DNA of 59,981 nt from positions 1-59,981 of the IMG/VR virus record IMGVR_UViG_3300032293_001960; one strand, given 5' to 3'. The DNA comes from a virus (Duplodnaviria; Caudoviricetes). Below, piece after piece: positions 54,028-59,981 of this stretch. Position 1 is the stretch's first letter; each line of letters opens with the position of its first letter. Below the pieces are notes generated by a model. That model was not told the DNA's origin. It made no database searches and saw only the letters and a list, made by a program, of their open reading frames with translations. The translations under genes were made by a program, and so were the position numbers.

Positions 54028-57000
54028 CATTAACGCCATATAAAGGTCCAATAATTCTACTTCCTGAAGACAGGGAGCTAATTAGCACTTTAGGTATTAC
54101 AGAGGAAGAGTATCGCTTTTTTGTCCGCGAGGCGATGAAGCGCTCTCGTGTGGAGCCCGGAAAGCCCCAAGCTTTGCTGCTCATCCCATTTGTTGCGAAT
54201 TTAGTTATTGGCTTAGCACTGAGTTATGTCAGTAGTCTGCTCACACCTAAAGCTAGTAGTGGCAAGGGCCCCAATATCCGGCAGACGCAGAAGCAAGGGC
54301 AAAACATTGTAAACCAAACAGAATATGCACCAAAGGTCGGTTTCGACTCTCTGCAGAATGTAGTTGAGCTCGGATCAACAATTCCTGTTATCTATGCAAG
54401 GCGCGAGGTTATTAATGGTTTTACCTACGGTGGTGTGCGTGTCAATACAAACCTTATTTGGTCGCAGATGCAGTCCTATGGAGGTAACCAACTCCTTCGG
54501 GCTATTTTCTTAGTTGGTGAAGGCTTTATAGGTGCTTTAGATCCTAAGCAATTCGCCTTCGGTGATAACACAATCAATGGTTACGACTTCGGATTAGCAA
54601 ATGAGAATAACAGTAAAGTCACTTTCTACCAGAAGACGAACGGCGGGCGGATCCAGAGTGGTGACCGTATAGCGGGGCGTGCGGCAAATAAAGACCCTGG
54701 AAACGCACAAAACCAAGGAGCGCCTGATGTCTTCCATATTAGGAGCCTAAACAATAAATGGCGACCTGATTTCTGTTATTCTTACAAGCCTGCAACTCAA
54801 ACACAATTCGGTGTTTATTCCCCAATTGGTGTTGGTTTAGGCTACAGAGTAAACCCCTCAATGCGGCCTACTGTAGTCGTACGAACAGAGCCTGCTGGTA
54901 AAAAGAAAGATAAAGTCAGAGTTAAATGTGATAATGATGGCGCAGCTCTAGCGCAACGCGAAAAGTATAACTATAAATTCAGATCACAAAGCGGCATTAT
55001 TAGGATCAATGGTGTAAACTTCATGCCATCACAAAATGATGATGGCGAGCGCACTGAAAATCGTTTTCTTAATGTCAATGATACTGTTACTTACATATTA
55101 AGGAGAGATACCGATGCATCCAAAAGGTTTAGAGGATCACAAGCTGGTGATGATCATTTTGAAACAAGCAATGATGTTGCGCAAGCTGTTGCTGGTCGGC
55201 AAAAGAATTGGGATGATTCCTGCTCCATTGGTGATCTATACAAATTAGGAACAGCGCAACTTATTTGCGAGTCCCGCAGTCCTGCAAATGAAATCTTTGC
55301 TTCTAAAATCGAGCAAGATCCGCCAAGTGGTGGACGTGACATGGAGGTTACGTTCCGTGTTGTACAAAGCGGCACAGCGGAATTAACTGACCCTTCTGGA
55401 GTCGGCACAGGTACCGGCAGATCTCATCTGCTCAAGCTAGCTGTATGTAGTTTTAGCCTATCAAGAGCCACGCAGGTCCTCGAATTAGGATTCAAGAGCA
55501 CACTAGGTATTCGTATAAGTGGTCTTTGTAATTTTAGAGATTGTATCAGTCAAGGGGAGATCAACGAGAGAGCCTGCGAAAAAGCTGAGGACGAGGAGTT
55601 TGGAAGCGGCGAAAGCTTAAAACTCAGCTCTTTCACCTCGGGAACCTTTTCAGGATCTGAGCGGCGCTACTCCTTCTTCCGTATTGGTTACCGTGTCGCA
55701 GGCAGTATTACCTACACTTTTTTATCTCCGTGTTTTGGCTTCGCTGGCATAACTCAACAAAACCAGTTTAATTATATCCGACTTCAAATGCCTAAATTTG
55801 AAGTATGGGAGTTCCTATTAGTACCCCTTTCTGGTTGGGAAATAAGGTCCGGTTCCGCCTCCGGTAGGCTACTAATACTGGATTCTAAAATAACAAGCTC
55901 TTTAACTGTATGGGCTAATCAAGTAGGTGCAACATTTAACGGCAGGGAGATAGCCCGCAACAGGGGCGCTTTTCAGATGGCGTGTACAAGAGACAAAAAC
56001 TTAGGTATCACTCGACAAGACAGCAAGGACTACGCAGACGATTGGGGAAGATTAGCTGAAACATTTGTCTTCGATGAAATCCAATCATCCGCACGCTCCC
56101 CCGAGCACGAACTGGCATACATCAACATCATCACCCCCAATACAACGACTCCCCAGTACAATAACTTAGCCTTAATAGGCATGAACATTCGGAGTAGTAC
56201 CGAATTTTCACAGCTTAAGCAACTATCTGTTTATGTTACTTCCGGTCTAGGTAACCACCATACCTTCCCAAAAGTTCTTCAGGATCTTTTTTATAGCCAG
56301 CGTTATGGCGTTGCATCGACCTTAAGTTCTCAACAATGGAACGACTCTCTCCTTAATGCAGCTTCAACTTGGACCCAAGAACGTCGCTACTTTTGGGACG
56401 GCGCACTCCCCGAGCCCGTTAACATCCGACAATGGGCAAGTACAACTGCTCCATACTTCTTACTAGACTTTATTATAAGAAATGGTAAGTTTGCACTGCA
56501 ACCTGCTGTCTATTTTGATCAACCCGAGCCCATCACTAACCTATATACAAGTGGCAACATCTTAGAAGACACATTTGAATTTGCCTATAGTGATACTGAG
56601 CAGCGCATACCTAAACGTGTTTCTGTTAAGTGGAGGCACGAAAGACCGTCAAATACAAATAATTCAGCCGGTATTTTCCCGTTAATCCGGGAAATTAACG
56701 TCCGCGAGGTCGGTACTCCAGCAGACGCCCCATTAGAAACTGTCGATTTAACAGATTTTTGTACAAATCAAGATCATGCTATTGATGTGGCCAAATATAT
56801 ATGCCGAACTTCAAGGCTTATTACGCACTCGGTGTCCTTCAAGACTGTACCCAGTCAAGCTGGGTTGGAAATTGGGCGCTGTTTCAAACTAGGCCTCGAA
56901 ACAGTAAACTACTCCCAGCCGAATAATGGTGTAATTGCCGGGGACGGTACAATTACAAGTATTGATCCTATAGCCAATGGCGATTATGACGTACTGCTAT

Positions 57001-59981
57001 GGGATGGTGCATCAACGACAATTACCGAGACCGTTCTAAATGTACAAAACGGGAAAGCTACTAACTACACTAGCGCAGTCTTTTGTCTTAAAGAGTTCCA
57101 TTCCGATACGGTAGCGTACAAAGTCCAATCCCTCGCATTCGACGATGAAGGCAATCTCCAGGTAGAAGCAACTGTATTCCCTCTTAAAGAAAACGGATAC
57201 AGTTTGATCACAGATGGATGGGATGTTTCCAGTAACTGGATCATTGAAGGGGAGATCGCTGGAGGAGAAACGGATGAACCAGAAGAAGCATATTTCACGG
57301 GTATTAACTTAGTCGGTCCCCTCTCTCTAACCAAGAATGTAGGTGACGATTTTACCGCCCTAATCAGCGGCACTGACGACACTTATACCTATCAATGGGC
57401 CGCAACCAATAAGCCACCAGGAATGAATGTCACACTTTCCGCTCCTACATCCGCAACCACTAGAGTTACGGCTTCAGCAGAAGGTGAATTTGATCTTGAA
57501 GTCTTTGTTACGAACTCGGTGGGTTTTTCTTTAGGTGTAGGCCAAACTATTGAAGTCGCAGGGCCTAAGGTCCTCCTAGATCTCATAGGCACAGTCGAGG
57601 TTAAAGGATCTGCAACAACTGCTACGGATGTACCAACAACATACATAGTGGAGTACACGGGGCAGTCTGCGCCAAAAATTGCAACCGCTCTCATTGCTCA
57701 GGGTTCATATCAGATAGTTACCGCAGGCACAACAAACTTCACTGCTATTGGTGCGGCTAACAACAACGTCGGCACTGTCTTTACTGCTACAGGTCCAGGA
57801 ACCGGTACTGGAACTGCGCATGATCTGAGCGATGCCTTCATCTCGTGGTCTTGGACCTCGACCACACCGGGTGCTGAAGCCAATATCGAAAGATCAGGTG
57901 TTCCACGTACAAACATTACATTCCGTGCGGGCGGCACGTACCTTGTTAAATGCATAATCAGTTCCCCTACAGCATCCGATAGTCCTAAAACAGGCACATT
58001 GTCTGTCACTGTCGGGGCACCTTCCATCAGCGTTGAGGCAACCGACTCCAATGCCGCTGAAACCGGCCCATCAGAAGCCGCAGATGGAGGAGCGTTCACA
58101 CTCACTCGCACAGGTGCTACAACCGATCCTCTAACTGTAATTGTATCGCTGACGGGCACAGCAATTAACGGACTTGACTACACACATTCTCTAGTCTCTA
58201 ATGCGCCTTCTACTGGATATAAGGTTGATTTTGCTGCAGGCTCAGCAGTAAGCATAATCCCTATCACGGTCTTAACTGACACGATCAGCGAAAACCCCGA
58301 GACCGTTACACTAGAAATCCTTGACGAACTCGGCTATTCCTTAGGTTTACCTTTTAGTGCCACTATAACAATACAAGAAAAAGTGGGCTCTAATCAGATA
58401 TACGCCGGCCCTCCTACGGTATCTAATCCTACCCGCCCTACATTCAGATTTTTAACTGCAGATGATCTTCCTAATATCGGCACTCCTGGTACATACACCA
58501 AGGTTACAACAGATGTTAAAGGTCGGGTTACTGCAGGTAGTAATCCTACAACACTAGCGGATTACGGAATTGGAGATACTTACACAAAAGACGAAGTTGA
58601 CTCCCTTGTTCAAGGCTTAAAACCCAAAGAGATTGTCCGAGCTGCGACCACAACAAATATTACATTATCAGGGTTGCAGACTGTTGATGGGGTTTCATTA
58701 GCAGCCGGAGACCGTGTTTTAGTTAAAGACCAGACGAATAAAACACAGAATGGTATTTATATTGCTGCAACAGGTGCGTGGACCCGCTCCACAGATTTTG
58801 ATGTTTTCGAAGAAGTTCCAAATGCTTATGTCTCTGTGCGTTCAGGCACTGTTAATGCTAGCGACAGTTTTGTTTGTACAAGTGGTAGTTCATTATTTGG
58901 GCAAAGCGAAATTGGTACTACAGATATAAACTTCATCACATTCTCCGTAGCCCTTGAAATCGCTGCTGGAGTTGGTCTTACCAAAACCGGAAGTACTCTC
59001 GCGCTCGCAGACACCGCAGTAACACCTGGGACTTATGGCAGTGCTTCACAGGTATCTACATTTACTGTTGACGCACAAGGGAGGCTAACAGCTGCAGGAA
59101 CCGCAGCCCTCGGTATCGGCACAACTGCCAATTTGCCAATTATCACTGGAGCTGGTGGTGTCTTAACAGCTGGTGCATTTGGGACAGGCCCTAATGATTT
59201 TGTGCGTGGTAACGACAGCAGATTAAATGCACTAGGCACAGTCACAAGCGTAGGACTAGCCTTACCCACGATATTTACCGTAACAAATAGTCCAGTCACT
59301 TCCAGCGGAAACCTAACTGCGACACTGAACACACAAGCGCCTAATCAGATATTTGCTGGACCCGCTACTGGAACAGCTTCAGCAACGCCAACGTTCAGAG
59401 TAATGGCTGCTGCGGACCTGCCGGACTCGGGGGCTACGCCTGGTACATACGGGACTGCTTCGCAAGTTGCAACAGTCACTATTGATTCAAAAGGGCGTAT
59501 TACTTCTATTGTCAATACCACTATTGCTATACCAGATTCTGCGGTTTTGGGTCTCGGCACAGCAGCCAAGAAGAATGTACCTGTCACTGGTAATGCAACT
59601 CCTACTGAAGTTCTTCTAGGTTCTGATAGTAGATTAAGCGATCCTAGAACCCCTGCTTACACCAATCAAAACGCAAATCATGTTTTAGCAGGTCCCCTTA
59701 CGGGTGCAGCGACACTTCCAACATTCAGACTATTGGGCGCCGCTGATATTCCATCTCACAACCAGCCATGGTCCACAATAACCAGCACACCGACAAATAT
59801 AGCTGGATACGGTATTACAGACGCTGTAAGCAATACAGACAGCAGACTGAGTGATGCTCGTACACCATTAGCCCACACGCACGGCAACATCAGTAACGGC
59901 GGTGCAATCGGTACGACTGCCAACCTACCAATAATCACCACCACAAGTGGTGTACTAACTACAGGTGCGTTTGGCAATACA
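54024..59981 (+). CDS. large tail-tip (gpJ-like) protein fused to Calx-beta-like and fibre repeat domains; runs off the window
   Basis: ATG at 54024 (MTLTPYKG..LLPEDREL); same frame readable at 58020 and beyond; the ORF track lists no + strand ORF here, consistent with no stop (at least 1986 codons). Confidence 0.8.
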   Translation, partial: MTLTPYKGPIILLPEDRELISTLGITEEEYRFFVREAMKRSRVEPGKPQALLLIPFVANLVIGLALSYVSSLLTPKASSGKGPNIRQTQKQGQNIVNQTEYAPKVGFDSLQNVVELGSTIPVIYARREVINGFTYGGVRVNTNLIWSQMQSYGGNQLLRAIFLVGEGFIGALDPKQFAFGDNTINGYDFGLANENNSKVTFYQKTNGGRIQSGDRIAGRAANKDPGNAQNQGAPDVFHIRSLNNKWRPDFCYSYKPATQTQFGVYSPIGVGLGYRVNPSMRPTVVVRTEPAGKKKDKVRVKCDNDGAALAQREKYNYKFRSQSGIIRINGVNFMPSQNDDGERTENRFLNVNDTVTYILRRDTDASKRFRGSQAGDDHFETSNDVAQAVAGRQKNWDDSCSIGDLYKLGTAQLICESRSPANEIFASKIEQDPPSGGRDMEVTFRVVQSGTAELTDPSGVGTGTGRSHLLKLAVCSFSLSRATQVLELGFKSTLGIRISGLCNFRDCISQGEINERACEKAEDEEFGSGESLKLSSFTSGTFSGSERRYSFFRIGYRVAGSITYTFLSPCFGFAGITQQNQFNYIRLQMPKFEVWEFLLVPLSGWEIRSGSASGRLLILDSKITSSLTVWANQVGATFNGREIARNRGAFQMACTRDKNLGITRQDSKDYADDWGRLAETFVFDEIQSSARSPEHELAYINIITPNTTTPQYNNLALIGMNIRSSTEFSQLKQLSVYVTSGLGNHHTFPKVLQDLFYSQRYGVASTLSSQQWNDSLLNAASTWTQERRYFWDGALPEPVNIRQWASTTAPYFLLDFIIRNGKFALQPAVYFDQPEPITNLYTSGNILEDTFEFAYSDTEQRIPKRVSVKWRHERPSNTNNSAGIFPLIREINVREVGTPADAPLETVDLTDFCTNQDHAIDVAKYICRTSRLITHSVSFKTVPSQAGLEIGRCFKLGLETVNYSQPNNGVIAGDGTITSIDPIANGDYDVLLWDGASTTITETVLNVQNGKATNYTSAVFCLKEFHSDTVAYKVQSLAFDDEGNLQVEATVFPLKENGYSLITDGWDVSSNWIIEGEIAGGETDEPEEAYFTGINLVGPLSLTKNVGDDFTALISGTDDTYTYQWAATNKPPGMNVTLSAPTSATTRVTASAEGEFDLEVFVTNSVGFSLGVGQTIEVAGPKVLLDLIGTVEVKGSATTATDVPTTYIVEYTGQSAPKIATALIAQGSYQIVTAGTTNFTAIGAANNNVGTVFTATGPGTGTGTAHDLSDAFISWSWTSTTPGAEANIERSGVPRTNITFRAGGTYLVKCIISSPTASDSPKTGTLSVTVGAPSISVEATDSNAAETGPSEAADGGAFTLTRTGATTDPLTVIVSLTGTAINGLDYTHSLVSNAPSTGYKVDFAAGSAVSIIPITVLTDTISENPETVTLEILDELGYSLGLPFSATITIQEKVGSNQIYAGPPTVSNPTRPTFRFLTADDLPNIGTPGTYTKVTTDVKGRVTAGSNPTTLADYGIGDTYTKDEVDSLVQGLKPKEIVRAATTTNITLSGLQTVDGVSLAAGDRVLVKDQTNKTQNGIYIAATGAWTRSTDFDVFEEVPNAYVSVRSGTVNASDSFVCTSGSSLFGQSEIGTTDINFITFSVALEIAAGVGLTKTGSTLALADTAVTPGTYGSASQVSTFTVDAQGRLTAAGTAALGIGTTANLPIITGAGGVLTAGAFGTGPNDFVRGNDSRLNALGTVTSVGLALPTIFTVTNSPVTSSGNLTATLNTQAPNQIFAGPATGTASATPTFRVMAAADLPDSGATPGTYGTASQVATVTIDSKGRITSIVNTTIAIPDSAVLGLGTAAKKNVPVTGNATPTEVLLGSDSRLSDPRTPAYTNQNANHVLAGPLTGAATLPTFRLLGAADIPSHNQPWSTITSTPTNIAGYGITDAVSNTDSRLSDARTPLAHTHGNISNGGAIGTTANLPIITTTSGVLTTGAFGNT

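Noticed and set aside
57766-57780. AACAACAAC as a possible template repeat
   Set aside because: Lies in the tail protein frame with no similarity to the cassette framework.

Overview
The window is most or all of a temperate tailed cyanophage genome (siphovirus-like; host probably a picocyanobacterium, inferred from cyAbrB, RpoD-like sigma, NblA-like and VPxPL-CTERM genes). It starts and ends inside tail genes. In order it has an LRR tail-fibre end, an L,D-transpeptidase, an attP-like region with a tyrosine integrase and excisionase, dcd, a replication block (PolA, primase-polymerase/helicase, SSB-like, exonuclease), a sigma factor, many small accessory ORFs, a lysis cassette, then terminase, portal, head and tail genes. 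Three IS200/IS605 elements carry TnpB with intact RuvC residues. The main observation is at 28.4-29.8 kb. An FGE-sulfatase/C-type-lectin scaffold gene lacks its own C-terminal variable region, and it is flanked by five free-standing VR-like cassettes. Their differences carry the adenine-mutagenesis signature of a diversity-generating retroelement (DGR), yet no RT or template repeat is visible in the window. Other observations: a predicted -1 frameshift joining a holin-like gene to a linker and the endolysin, a ~265-bp palindromic origin-like array in the primase-helicase 3' end, a gene tail patched together from other phage genes, and a 59-aa NblA-like gene missed by the ORF track. All family assignments come from motif recognition by eye; no database search was run.
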